Below, one piece after another: positions 39,355 through 52,396 of a stretch of DNA of 64,000 nucleotides. This stretch comes from Klebsormidium nitens. Its lineage: Eukaryota > Plantae > Klebsormidiophyceae. Both the position numbers and the translations under genes were made by a program. The stretch's first letter is position 1. Each line of letters opens with the position of its first letter. The stretch is from NCBI GenBank assembly GCA_000708835.1, contig DF237183.1, forward strand, positions 62,001-126,000. Direction: 5' to 3'. A model generated the notes under the pieces. That model was not told the origin of the DNA and searched no databases. It saw only the letters and a program-made list of their open reading frames with translations.

Positions 39355-42300
39355 ATGGACGTCCTGAACATGCTGCGCTCCAAGGCCTCCTGGGGCTTTC
39401 GGAGCGGACGGTGTGAAATGCAAGAGCTGCAGGAGTTGCATGGAGTTCCTGGGCTCAAGCAGACGGTGGTTCCTGAAGATAGCAGTCTTAGTGATGCCAG
39501 CACGCTGGTGTCATATGGGGCCAGCGTAGAAAGAGAGCGCTCTCCGTTGGCCGACTGTGTTCCCAACCACCCTCGCTTCGGGGCAATGCATTTGCAATCC
39601 AATGACGACGCTAGCATGATGTCCGCAGATGTTGAGAGCTTGAGCAATTGCAGCAGTGGCCAAAAGGGGCCCCGTGCTGCACCGTCAGAGCTGGGGGGTG
39701 ACAAAGAAGCGGAGAATGGAGAAAGGGGCCGAAGGGCAAAGGATGAAAGGGAACAGGAGGAAAATGGATTTGCGGATCCTAGTCAGCAGGAGTGGTCGGA
39801 CGGTTTGTCAGATGATGCATCAGATGATGCCTTTAAGGAAGAAGAACCACTCAAGCTTCCAGTTCTTGATGAAAGCCCCAATGGTCTTTTCTCACTACGC
39901 ATTGCAACCAACCTCCTGCCTAAAGACATGCACGCGCCTACTACTACATCAGTGCACGACGTCACACATGAAACACCGCTGGCGGGCATCAAAGCCGAAC
40001 CTAGTTGTGGGGGCCACAGCGATGAGGAGCACGAGGTCGCCGACACAGCCTTTTCGCCCCCCCTAGCGCAAGCAATAGACCGGAATGATGCCTTTGTCGA
40101 ACCCGCAGCATATCCAAGGATCCTCTCAATGTTGTCAACAGGGACTCCAGCTCAGGAAGAGAGGCAGGAGGAGGCACATGGGGATGGGGTAGTGAGAACA
40201 ATCAGAGCCGCACAGTCTGACAACGAACATCAAGTCGATACTGACATGAGGGTGAGGGTTGGGAGCGCAGCTGACCACAGTGGTATGAGTCCTGAGATCA
40301 GGGGGGTGGAGAGCAGTCCTCAGGCAACACTGCGGCGGGAGCGGCTGAGGAAGCAGAAAGAAGCAGCGGAGAAGGTGCAGCAGGAGATGCAGGAGATGCA
40401 GGCGCTTATGGAGGCCCTGCTGGCTCAGGTGAGGGTGCAACTTCAGGTTTTTGACCGAAACCCACCCAGGAAAAGTTCCTGAAGCCTCGTACGAAAAATC
40501 CCTGTAAGTCTTCTAGACACTGCGCGCCTTGGAGGAGTGATCATGCAGCAAGTTGACTGGAAGTCGATCTATTCTGTGCGCCCATTCTTGTCAATCAAAT
40601 ATCGTAAACTTCATTATAGCTCCAACAAATATAGTTTTTGGCAGTTGCCTTGGAAAAGGATGCACGGCGCCTCCCTTTCAATTTGCCTTTGCGACCATCA
40701 TTGGAGGGTCCCTTACGATCATCGTGGCAGAATTCTAGGTTGAAAACTTCCATCGGTATATGGTATAGACCTCTGCCCTTGTGGGTCCTGAGCTGTCCTT
40801 TCTTCTTACCACCTTCTACCAACAGATTGCTCCATTCTTGCTCAATCGACAACTTATTGTTGGCAAGAAGGTGGAACTACTGTGAAAAGGTGTCTGGTTG
40901 AACTTTGAGGGAAGCAACAGACTGATTCATTCTGATTGGCAGTGGTTCACTTCAGTCTGGTTTGGAATGGTTCATTCTTGTCTGATTGGCTGCTCATGTC
41001 CAGTTTCGAGACCATTTTGCAGAACCCCGCCCTTGTGCATCCTGAGCTTTCCTTCTTCTTTTAACCTCCACTGACTTCATTCTCCTCAAAAACCACAGTA
41101 TCAACACGATTTTCCAATTCTTCTTCTTTTACCTGCAGAACCCCGCCCTCGTGCATTCTGAGCTGGCTGCCCCCCTGGAGCCCAGCGAGCTCGAGCGCCT
41201 GCGGGCGCGGTGCTCCCAGCAGGAGGAAGAGTTGTCCGCCTTCAGAGGAAAGCTGGAAGATATTCAGGTGGGAGTGGTCTCTTGACCAAAGGCAATTTGC
41301 AATATCAGCCTCCTAAACAGTAGCCGATCTGCACCTCTAAACGAACTAAGGGGTTGTTGAAAGTTGGACACGCTATCTTTGTCAGCAGTGGGTGTGTACA
41401 ATGATGCTGTGCGCTGGCAGGCGACGCGGGTTATGCGAGCCTTAGGAGATGGTGCCAAGGTCAAGTACACAAGCCTCTCAACATGAGTTGTTTGTGGGCC
41501 TTGTATCCACTTGATCTACCAAACTTCGAAGCGCCCCCTCTGACATAAGTTGCAAGCCAGAAGCGGAGTCGCAGGGAATTGTCTCATGATATCGCTCCCA
41601 GGGTTTTCTTCTTTGGACTGGCTATTCCAAGAATTCTCGTTCTGGATCGGAAGTAGTGTGTGGGGACGCAAAGCAGACAGTTTCGGCCTGCTCTGATCCC
41701 CCTTGCTATGTTGGTATGAAGGCCCAACAGATTCGCAACCAAGGCACACAATCTATGCAAACTGTCCTCTAACCCAGTGCCTCATTCCATTCATCATACA
41801 CACAGCCCCTTGTGGTGCATCTCTAAGCCTCTCCGGCGGCCTCCCCCGATCTGGCCAGCACTGCATACCACTCGCCAGGAACGAGGTCTTGAGGGCGGCG
41901 TCTTGCAGAGCGGACGGAGCTGCCAAAGCTCAGGCTAAGAATCCTTGTCACGCCTACCATCACAACCCGATCAAAGTGAAGCGCCCAGCTGCCAACCCAA
42001 AGTGGAAAGATGATTCAGATACTCCTGCGTGCAGGCGCTGTGCGGTGCGGCGCAGGATCGGTGCGCGTCGCTGGAGCAGGAGAACCAGCAGATGCAGACG
42101 CAGGTGGCCACCCTCAAGTGGCAGCTCAACCTGCAGGTAATGCGCACGACCAGCTTGGGGCGTCAAGCCGCCTGATTGCATTGTCAGCTTTCGACAGCCT
42201 CCAAAATTGCCAAGTGCTCTTTTTGTGCAAGGAATACCCCGCTCGTTTGAGCATGGTCTGTTCTTTGACGAGTCTGCAAAGATTTCTGGTCAGATGGTTT

Positions 42301-44211
42301 GATGCGTTTGTTGTCACTAAGACCGCTGTTCTTTGGGTTGATTTCAGAGGTTCTAGGACCCCTCGCACCAATCCGTTGGGAGGGAAACTCTTCTCCTGTT
42401 TGCCTAAGATCCTATGAAAAGACCTTGACAGGCAGCAGATGGGCTATGATAAGCTCTGCCACCCCACGAAGCCGAGTTTGCCCCGATACGTCTAACCCTC
42501 ACATTCAACTCGTTGGAACTTGGCCCGCTCTCTGGCAGGCTCGCCATTGTTAAAAGTCGGAGGCAAACATTGGGGCCTCAGCGCTCCACAGCATGCGGCC
42601 AGACTGCCTGTCCCTGGCGGCTTGAATGAGAAAGCTAAGAACGAGCTTCAGTGGGGGTGCAAATAGCCATTGCTTTTTTGAGCCGGCCGGAACAACTGAT
42701 ACGGGTTCCTTGAATAGCCTCATATTGATTTTTCATATTCCTGAAGATCATTTACAGATCGATATAAACCGTTTCTTCGCTGCAGAGTCAGGCCGTTTGC
42801 TGTCTTTCTCCTTAGGTGACCTTTCAAACCTTTTGCCTTCATTTTGCGGGTGTGTCCACAAGATTTCCGTGTCCGCTCGGCTGCAGGAGGAGTTCCGCTT
42901 CCTGACCCCCCCGCCCCACCTGAGCTGCGAGGAGCGCGAGCTGTGGCGCAGGAAGCTGCTCCAGGACAGGCTGCTGCCGCCGCCCGACAAGGTGACGCCG
43001 TAACGCGGGGCGCCGCATCCCCTCTTTCGATGGTAGCTTTGACCCTGGTAGCAGCAAAGCGGGTAGTTGCGTATACAGAGTTGCAATCGAAACGATGAAG
43101 GGCTTTGTCGTTTGAGCCTCCTTGCCGGATCTTCCCTGAGCTATAAGGTCGAGAGCTGTCAGGTCGCCAGAGCTCGTCATCTATTTGTTCGAAGCCAGTA
43201 CTCGTACCAGTAAATCTGGACGTCTTATTGTCCTACTTCGATGAGGTGCCAGCGGCCAGATCGGCAAACTAAAATCATTTCAGTGTCTGCCTCGACTTCT
43301 AAGCTTTCGTATCTTTTCGCACTTTTCCGCTCGAGACTGAAGTATCTATATTGTATTAAGCGTCTCTTCAAGAAAAGCATCGGCAGGCACAGAAAGTAAG
43401 GTGTGTTTCTGCCAACCCACTTGTCACTGCACAAGCATTAGCAGACACTTTCAAGTGCTTGAATTCGTCCGGTAATCTGCGCCCTTACATAAAGGTTTCT
43501 GTCCGACCCGCTTGAACTCTTCTGTCGGCCTGCTCGATGGCAAGGCAATAAAGTTGCTTACCTTTCAAGAAATTATTGCAGCTACAATTCGAGTCGGACG
43601 GGCTTGCTGTCGACCTCCCAGTACACTGGAAACGCATTTCACCCTTCCTCACGGCTCTTGCTTTTCCTTTGTACCAGGCGACAGTGACTGCCCGCAAGCT
43701 GGCACTAGATGAGCCCCAGGGGGTGCACTCCGACCCCGCATCCCGACCCCCCCGTTCCGTGACCCCAGACGCTAGCGCTGCATACCTGGCGGCTGTCGCG
43801 GACGCTCGCAGGAATCCGACGCCCGAGAAACTCGCGTTTGCTGCAAAGGCGAGGGGCGACCTGGGGTGGCTGCTGGGGGGGCGCACAGCCAAGGCGCAAG
43901 GCGGGCCGTTTGTTGGGGGGGGAAGCGAGGGTGACTTGGAGGGTTTCTCGAAAGTGCACACGAGATCGTCGTCTCCAGACTGCGAGGCCCAGTCGCCCCG
44001 CAGCTTGATTCGGAACCTGTCCGCAAGCGCTGAGTATGCAATGAGAGAGCCCAACGTGAGAGCGCCCGTTTCGGTTGATGAGCCTGGTGTTGAGGAGAGC
44101 GTCAGAGGCTTACGGGCGAGTCTTCACACCCCACTCGCCCGTGACGCAGCAACCCTCGGGACGCCAGTGGCGCAATCGCCGCTTTTATCCTTGGAGTCTC
44201 CACTTGAGTAA
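39355..44211 (+). CDS. Unknown protein, about 647 aa: disordered acidic N-terminus, central coiled coil, disordered C-terminus
   Basis: Phase-0 exons 39355-40428, 41139-41267, 42035-42136, 42887-42991 and 43678-44211. If the 42991 donor is read through, a stop falls at 43003. No family recognised. Confidence 0.78.
41015..41048 (+). repeat. Decayed copy of the acceptor plus first 26 nt of exon 2 of the unknown coiled-coil gene
   Basis: tgcag|aaccccgcccttgtgcatcctgagct at 41023 versus the true tgcag|aaccccgccctcgtgcattctgagct at 41139; offset 116 nt. Confidence 0.85.
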
Positions 44212-45714
44212 TCTAAAACGCAGTATGATTGCTCGTCACTGTTCACTGGCGCACAGCTGTACTCTAAGACAGATCACAGCCTAGAAACAATTTCAAACTG
44301 TACGACAGGGTGTTGCATAAAAAGGACGGCAGGCAGGAACAGGAGGACATTGAATGAACGGGGGTCTGGTCGAACTACCAACACCTTGCGCCCTGCTTCA
44401 TGGGAGTGGATCGATTGTCATTTTGACCGGCCCATGAATTGTCTTCGTGATTCACAAAATCTGGGTGACGTTTACGGAGCTTCTTCTCGTCCTCCTGCCT
44501 GCTTATCAAGCAATTCTGGCCGCTCTCAGGCTGAATGGACTCGGCGATTTCCTTACCTGGTTGATGAGTAGGTTATGCAACATCAAACCTCAGAATGACC
44601 AAGCAGATGCCTCAGTTGCCAAGCGTGCAGAGTGCACACAAGACGGCCTGGAACGGTCAGGCCACCTTGCCATCATTCAGTGAATGCGGAGACTCGATTC
44701 TTAGATGTACTCAAGCACTGGCTTTCCGATACTAAATGTGGATACAAAGTGTGCATCTGAATTGTGTGACTTTTTAATCCCGCTTGGTAAATTGAGGCTG
44801 GGTTCTCGCTGGGTTGTTATGCAATTGCGTCCTCAATGCAGGCGCCATTAGGGAGTGAGGCATGATTCAATAAATCACTATGTCAGAACCACATCATCAA
44901 GACATGGTGTGCATAATAACTCGAAGATCACACCGATTCACTGCAGATCCAGACATAACATCAAGGATCTCCGAGTCGGCATGTTTCAGCATTGTTGTCG
45001 AGATTTTGCACATAGCTCCTGCCCAAATTATCCGACCATGGTGATTGCGGATGTGTTTGGCGTCCCGACTCCTGACGCATCAGAATCATTCCTATGCGGT
45101 ATCCCAATGCAGGCTCGTCTACCTTGCAAGGGAAGAATCGACTTAACAGTAGTATTAGTAGTAGAGATCCAGAAAGAGCGCTCATGAAAGCAAGTCATGA
45201 GTAATCAATCCAACTTAGGCAGCTACACGATCGACGGCTCTGGCGCATGGCCTGTAAACACCTTCAACTTTGAACCGTAGATCCAAGATATTTCGCGGCA
45301 ATAAAGCTTGATATATCTGCAAATCAAAACTTCCCCTTACGACTTTAGCAATTATCCGCCACTGAAATTCAAGAAGAGTTCAAACTTTACAAAAGCCTTG
45401 TGACGCGACGCTTCCGGAGTTCTTGCTGTGCGTCTTGAATGTTCCTCACAGCAGGTCCAGAATGCTCTTCTGACATCCCTGAACTTCAACAGGTCAAGGT
45501 CAAGGATTTGGAAGGGAGCGGTTCCTCTTTCCTTCCGAAGTTCTTGAACCCCTGTCCTGACTCCTGACTCTCGAGGCTGATCCTAGAAGCGACTTGGGAA
45601 TTTTCACCCTGGGCACTTCTAATATTTAGCCTCAGCATTTCTAGCTACTTGACGCACTGAGTGACCGTTTGACGGAAAGCTTCCATTTAGAGCTGGTAAA
45701 GGCAACAGCGAACA

Positions 45715-48700
45715 ATGGCTTCCGCGGCGGCAATGTCCGCCACAGCCTGCTCCAGAATTTTCTCATCCACGTTGGTGTCCTGCAAGGCCTGCAATGACAG
45801 GCTGTTGATGGAGAGCCCCGCCATGCCTGGCATGCAACTGCACAGGCGCCATTCTCAAAATGCAGGTCAGCGGCAAAGCTGTGGGATATTGCCAAGCCTG
45901 TATTAGCTCCTCTGTTGTCAAACTCAAGTGTGGTTGAACAGCCAGGGTTACTGTCTTTCATACAAACTTGGTAAAAGGCCCGCAATTAAGATGTGAGCTC
46001 ACAAGGTTTCAAAGGCAATTCTATCTGACATTCTAGGGCTTTGGAAGGGTTACGTTTGGGCATATTTAGATGCCATTCTTCGACACTTCTGTTAGAAGTT
46101 GAGTTGATATAATCTCGCTCACTCCATTCCTTCCTGTTCTGGAAGTGAGTGCCAATTATGTTTCAGAACCCTAAGCAGAGTTTCTGGAGGGCAACCGAAA
46201 TCCAAGCGTTTGGAAATTTGTAATGAGCTGGGCTTTCTGATCTCTATCTTGGTCCATATCTCTTTCATATGATTTTGAGTATGGTGCTCCAACTGTGACT
46301 TGCAGAATGCTGGCTGGCTTTCTAATCGTCTCAGCTCCGAATGCACAGTTTTGTGAGATGTTGCATCCTAAAGATAATACACTTGTCAGCAATGTTGGCG
46401 CCCGTCCTGCTTCGGGCGCTCTGCAATACCTAACTTTGCTGGTCTATTCCATGATCCAATTTGCACCTGGTATTCTATGCTCAGTCAACCACCAGGTTCT
46501 TGTTGAAATCACTTGCCTCCGGCAATTCCTGGTGGCACAGGGCTGCTTTTGCACATGTGCACCTTATTGCTGTTCTTGGAAAGGATAAGCTCCGAGGCTT
46601 GAACAAGCCCTTACATTCTGATTTCTCACCTGTGGAGTATGGTCACAGATACATTGCAGTGCCCTTGGACACAAACTTTCAAACTCAAGACTCTCCGTCT
46701 GCATTTTCTCGGACCCAAATCTGGATGTTGTTGACGAACTTTGGCAGCCAGTGCCCGAAGTTGTACTTTTGACAGATCAGCGGATGCATAGTGTGACATC
46801 TCAACAAATCTTCTAGGTCCCTCTTGGCACTCCCCACTCTTCAATTGACTATTTAGATTGGTTCAGTTTGTATGTCCAGTCATTGATCCTGGGGGATCAA
46901 AGCGAAGGGGCCACCGGGAGTCCACCGGGAGTCTCGTCTTTCTCTCACAGGTTTTCAGACCACTTAAGGTTGCTTGCATCCCAGTTCACAGCTTACCAAT
47001 CTTCAACAAGAAAGGTTTTCTGCAGGTTGTTGATATTCTTTTGTTGATTCCTGCAGGGCTTCCAGCAATCTTCCGGTATGGCAGCACAAACTCCCGGCAA
47101 GGATACCGGCGTGCCATTGAAGCAACAGTCGCGTCGCCCAGCAAGTCGGCTGCCACGCTCATCAGCCCCACGGGCACCACAGAGTGAGCGCGTAATGATA
47201 GTCTGTTTTCTCGACACGGCAGAATGCGTAGGCTGGATTGTTTACTTGATCACCAGAGTTTTATCATTTGGTGGCTTTTCAAACGTGGTCCTTATCTGCT
47301 GATAAGTCGATCACCGGAGTTTTATCATTTGGTGGCTTTTCAAACGTGGTCCTTATCTGCTGATAAGTCGATGATATCTGCGGGGCTGGGGCAATGTCTC
47401 TTGGATCTCCTTACCTCGCCTTCCGCTCATACATCTCGAGCAAGAAGACTGGCCCGGCCTTGTCGTTGGACCCCTTGTTTTGCTTATAGCCACAAGGGCA
47501 TCAACCGCTTTCGTTTTGTACCCCCAGTTCTGGTCTTAAAGCCAAGCCCATGCATTTATTTTGTTGCCAGGCTGTTTCCACTTTGCTGCTTTTCAATGTT
47601 TTCAAACTAGTTGAGAATCGTCTCGGTTGGGAGCGTCTCATGGTCTCATCTCCTGCCAACTGGATTATTGTTGCTTACGAGCACATGCCAAACTTGGCAG
47701 TAATGAACTATGATGGAAATATCAATGGGTGAAGGGTCCTTTACAGAGGCTGCTTGCCGATGAAGCAGTCTGGTGCACTTAATTATCTTCTGTATTTGAT
47801 GTCCTTGTCTGCTTCTTGGATTGGCTAGATTTGAAGCAAGAGTTAGACGGCCGTCCGCCAGAGTCTGAGGTACGCTTTATTCAACCACTTTCAAGAAAAG
47901 GCCAGTAAGCGGACAAACTTTGAATCTCTTCTTTTAACTGCCCTCACACTTTGTGTTGTCAAAAGGTGCCTAAGTCTAATGACAGTTTCTGTTGTGCCTG
48001 CAGGTATCCCCTTCCCTCATGGTCAAAGTTTGAGAGCGGGGAATGTGCTGTCTTCTGGGAAACCACCTTCGGGCGGCCCCCAGCTTCGGTGAGCTTCCCG
48101 GACTTATCTTTGGTAATCTGCTAGTCTTCATGCTAATCTCTGGATTCGAAAAGCCTGTTTGAGTTTGATTCATGGTTGGGCGATTTTTGTGGGGCAACTC
48201 TTGCTGTTTTCGTTGTTGTCCTTTCATTTCCTCAAGGAACTGTTTCCTGTACTTGTCCGCTAGTCCTTTCTTGAAATGAGATGTCTGCTTGTGTTGCTCT
48301 TACTGTCTTTCAATCTTGCATGCCGGCACAAGCTTCTGGGTCGTTCGTGATGAGCCTTTCCGATTCAAGCCCAAACAACTTGGAATATTGGCCCTCCACG
48401 CTACTTTTCCTGGACATCACAAGCAGCTCCTGAACACCCCTTCAAGGTTATGGAAAGTCACTTCCACCCACAGGAAGCGTAACCTGCCAGGAAAACCCCA
48501 ATTTTTTTTTTCAGAGAAAGCCGAGTTCCCTCAGTGAATCCCCGCTGGCCTTTTCTTCGGCCTCTCGCTGAAGGCCCACTCAAACGCTCAAGCCGCGGAT
48601 AATCTGGAGGCAGTTGTCGATCTTTTTGCCAAACTCGACCTCTCAGCGGAATCGTATATGTGGATATGTTTTCTGGATGTTAGTCTGCCCATGTTTCCGC

Positions 48701-51439
48701 TGTTCAGTGAGCTGTTACGAAAAGCCGCTGAGATCCTCTTCAATGCTCATTTTGCGTCACACAAAACGAGCTGGCAATCCGCTCTGCAGTGAGCCGTCAT
48801 GAAAAGCTGCTGAGATCCTCAACGAATTGACAAGGGCGTGGCAGCATCCTACTGCTCCAATCTTCCTGTCAAGCAGAAGCCTCACTCTGCAGCAAACTCT
48901 TTTGTGCATTCCAGGGAGAGCCGCTGAAGATTTACTTCAACGCACGCGGCGCAACCGAGTTGAATATCGTGGACGACTACGTTGCGTTCAACGGGGGCTT
49001 CAATCAGCCCATCATGTGCGGGGGGACTCCGAGGTCGATGACCAAGAACGAGCGCGGCCCGCACTGCGACCCGTTCTACAGCATCCGGATCAATGTGCCC
49101 GTGCACGGTAAGGGTGGTGTTCAGTGTTGGAGGATTGTAGGCTTCTAGGGTTTCTTGTTGTTGCTCTGGAGGTTGAGGTCTCTTTGCTATGGTGAGAGAA
49201 CAAGTTGATCGAGTTGTTACGCAGGTTTCGTCAGATCAACATGGGCTGAAGGCTCCTTGGTCAGTGTTCAAAGTGGTACAGCATTGGATTTGTGTGCCGA
49301 TACTTGGCGAGCTCGCTTGCGTTCGGCACTAGGTTCTGAAGGGATTGAAATTTTCTACCAAGATACTTGGACAAGCCTGGATAGTGCAACAGAAGATCAG
49401 TAAAATTTTGAACATGCTTTCCCTTGTTCGCCACGTCTGTATGTAGATTCCTTGGTTTAGCTTCTTAAGCTATGTCTTTTCATATCGTGTAATTTGAGTT
49501 GAGCACATCGGTTTCCCAGGTCGTTGATGGCCTGCAGTTTTCGGGCAGTCACAGAATATCTGCTCTCGGAATTTTCTTTTCATGATTGAGAAGGCGTAAG
49601 CAGCGGTGAAGGAGCTTTGGTATCCTGTTCAGCTCCGTAAGCCCTCGTCAACAGTTTAGGCTCTTGTCGGGGCCACTGGTTCCTGTTGTGGACTACAGGT
49701 GTTGAGCAGGGGGCAAAGTTCTATGTTTATACTCAAATCTGAATGGAGTCTACCACAGGGGTCGTGGGGTCACGTCATGCAAGACGGCATCCACTTTCTG
49801 TCCGAGTCTTCTGTTAACGACGTGGAGACGGAAGCATCGTGACATTCAGTCTTTCGATTTCTTTCTTGTCATCCTGGTTGCACGCTTGAGAGTTGTCCTC
49901 GATTCTCTTGCCTTCCTTTTTGCCTGCATCAGGCGTCGTGAGGGTAACATTATCTTAACTTTACACAGATTGTTCTACTTACCGCGTATTCTTGCAAATC
50001 GTGCCAGCTCTTAGTCTTGCAAAACGCGCCAGCTCTTATCGATCGCCCTTACGAGTCCTTTCGGAATGTAATTGTTGTCGACCTGGCAAACCTCCCACTC
50101 AACCACCGCTTCCAACTCCTTCAATCTTTTGGCTCGCTTCTTTTTAAACGCTCTTCTTTCTGAGTCCCTAAGACTTTGGTACTGATCTAATCCTTTCTCC
50201 TGCAGCGCAAACGCTCGAGTTCTCGTTCACCGACGGCAAGGAGTGGCACGGGTCGTACAAGCTGTCGTTCGAGATGCCCACGCGGTTTAGAAACCAGCCC
50301 CAGTCCTTCTTTGACCAGGTAAGCGGCGTTCCACAATACTTGTAACCATCTCAGGCACACTTCGGCACTCTTGATTCCTTTTAGTCTGTAGGACTCGTCC
50401 TTTAAAATGGTTTTCCGGGTTGAAGCGACTTTCAATGACAGGGGTGTTAAAGGTGCAGACAGTAATCGACCTTTCCCCTTTCGACAGAGACTTTTGAAGT
50501 AGGATCGGAGAAGTTGACGAAAGTGGGGTTAAGAAGTGGCCAGGTTTGGAAATAGCCTTGACGCTTGTCTGTGCAGGGCTTGGCTGCGGAGCTGTCTGCG
50601 GAAGACGGGTGCGAGACCGCCATCTTCCCGGACTCTGTCATCATCCAGGACCGCTGCATGATGCCGGGCGGGATGGGGCTCGAGGGGGTGGGCGCTGCTC
50701 TCTCACACTTCGCTTGTCATCTGCATTCACCTGTGTTTCATAACGTCGTCCTCGTTTTCTCTTCATCTTCTTCGCCTCACTTGTACTCTTGCATTGCTTT
50801 TGCTTCTTCCCCTTCTGTCTTTGTGTCTAATGATCCTTCGGGGCTTGCGTACTTTCCTCGGCAGATACTGTACTTGTTGTGCCTCACTTTTCACTGTTGC
50901 GGCTACTTATTGGGAGCTGTTAGGGCGGCGTCTTTCATTGTTTCTTCTGTTCGACCTCTACCAACCGGTCCTGGCGTCGAAGTCGTTTGGTAAGAGTGTA
51001 AATGTTTCTCACGTCAAGGAGATCGACTTTCCCGGGAGCATGAGGATCGGCGACGATTCTGCCCACCAGCTCTAGTTTTCTGTCCTGAACCTGAATTCTG
51101 CACAGCAATTCTGTTCGTAAGACGCGCTGTCAAGTGCTGACTTTGAAAACCACAAATTCTTGAAATATGGTCGAAGGCAGCAAAACTCGTCGGGTTATAG
51201 GGTTTGGAGGCGTTTGCCAGCTTTAGCTAAGGGAGCTCCCCATATGGGATTTAGCAGAGCTTTTCAAACTCCATTACTAGCGCTTTGGCCTGCTTTGCAT
51301 GAATGGCGTGTTGCCCTTCGCTTTGCAGGGAGACAGGTGCATGCTGGATATCAACCCGGGTTGCATGGACCCTGCCTCGCCTTTCTATGACCCTCTGGCC
51401 AACGTTGATGACGGCTCGTGCGACCTGGACGGCTTCTAA
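45715..51439 (+). CDS. PIFI: Post-illumination chlorophyll fluorescence increase protein (chloroplast, NDH-related), with a 1-nt frameshift in exon 3 as sequenced
   Basis: Exons 45715-45865, 47057-47183, 48004-48089, 48915-49107, 50206-50318, 50577-50687 and 51329-51439. Ser/Ala-rich transit-like N-terminus (aacaATGGCT), [53 protein letters not shown]...[11 protein letters not shown]. The exons total 892 nt (3n+1). Confidence 0.93.
47248..47372. repeat. 2 x 61-bp tandem duplication (1 mismatch) in PIFI intron 2
   Basis: gatcacc(a/g)gagttttatcatttggtggcttttcaaacgtggtccttatctgctgataagtc starts at 47248 and 47309. Confidence 0.9.
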
Positions 51440-52036
51440 GCGGCCTAGAAGCGGTGGGCATGTTTGAAAACTGGATTGGGCTGTTTGTATAGTGGTGGGC
51501 GCGAGCGGTGGCCTTGAAATCGTCCTCACAGCGGTCCAGGAAATCAGGTTGATGTTGATGCTAACGCTCCAAAGGACCTCTACAAGTACGGGTGGCTCAA
51601 AGAGAAAGCACTTGGGGGCCCACCTTGGCAGTCGTCAGATGATCCCTCACACAGGTCTTCTCATAGGAAGCCTAGGAGCGTCATATTCTAGGACCCATTC
51701 ATTCAATTGATAAGTAAGTTCACGTCAAGTGGCTTGGAGATCTGCTAGCTCGTACAAGATTGTGGGACGTACGGCACCATACGTCGGGCAACACAAGCAG
51801 TCCTCTTTGCATATAATATTCGTGTCAATGGTCATCATCGTTACTGTATGTTGCCATCAATTCGGAGCTCCTGATTGCTTGGGACAATCCGGTCTAGCTC
51901 AGCCTAATTGCCAGTGCAGCGGCGAACTTACAAGAGGCTAGCAGTCCGCATGGTCCTTGGAAGGTTTTTGTGGGACAAGTGGCATTGAGATGACTAGATC
52001 GATCATTGGTTCTACAATTGCACACCGACAGGTGAT

Positions 52037-52396
52037 GCAGCGCTTGCCGAGCAGCGAACTTGACGGAATTTCAACAGTATACAGGCGATACTTCATATAG
52101 TTATTGTCATTGTTGGATCAACGTCGTTTCGGAGCCGTGATCGGCTAAGTCGACGATTGTCCTATAACATGCTAGCTCTTTATTGCTCCAATAGCAGATG
52201 TAAGATTTACCTCGGCAGCGCTTGCCGAGCAGCGAACTTGATGGAATTTCAAGAGTATACAAGCGATGCTTCATATAGTTATTGTTACTGTTGGATCAAC
52301 GTCGTTTCGGAGCCGTGATCGGCTAAGTCGACGATTGTCCTATAACATGCTAGCTATAGCTCTTTATTGCTCCAAAAGCAGATGTAAGATTTACCT
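52037..52396. repeat. About 178-bp intergenic tandem duplication
   Basis: Copies start gcagcgcttgccgagcagcg at 52037 and 52215 and end gtaagatttacct. They differ by 7 substitutions and a 6-nt indel by eye. Confidence 0.92.

Noticed and set aside
45690-45840. Minus-strand frame ...[32 protein letters not shown] looked like the last exon of a hidden gene
   Set aside because: It is the antisense shadow of PIFI exon 1, which has a strong start context and splices in frame to later PIFI exons.
46626-46844. [12 protein letters not shown] resembles an IS481/IS3-type HTH
   Set aside because: Short, inside PIFI intron 1, and no DDE domain or element ends nearby.
48056-48064. GGGAAAAC as a programmed -1 ribosomal frameshift site in PIFI
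   Set aside because: Restoring the frame needs +1 (or -2), not -1, and the heptamer is not in canonical phase.
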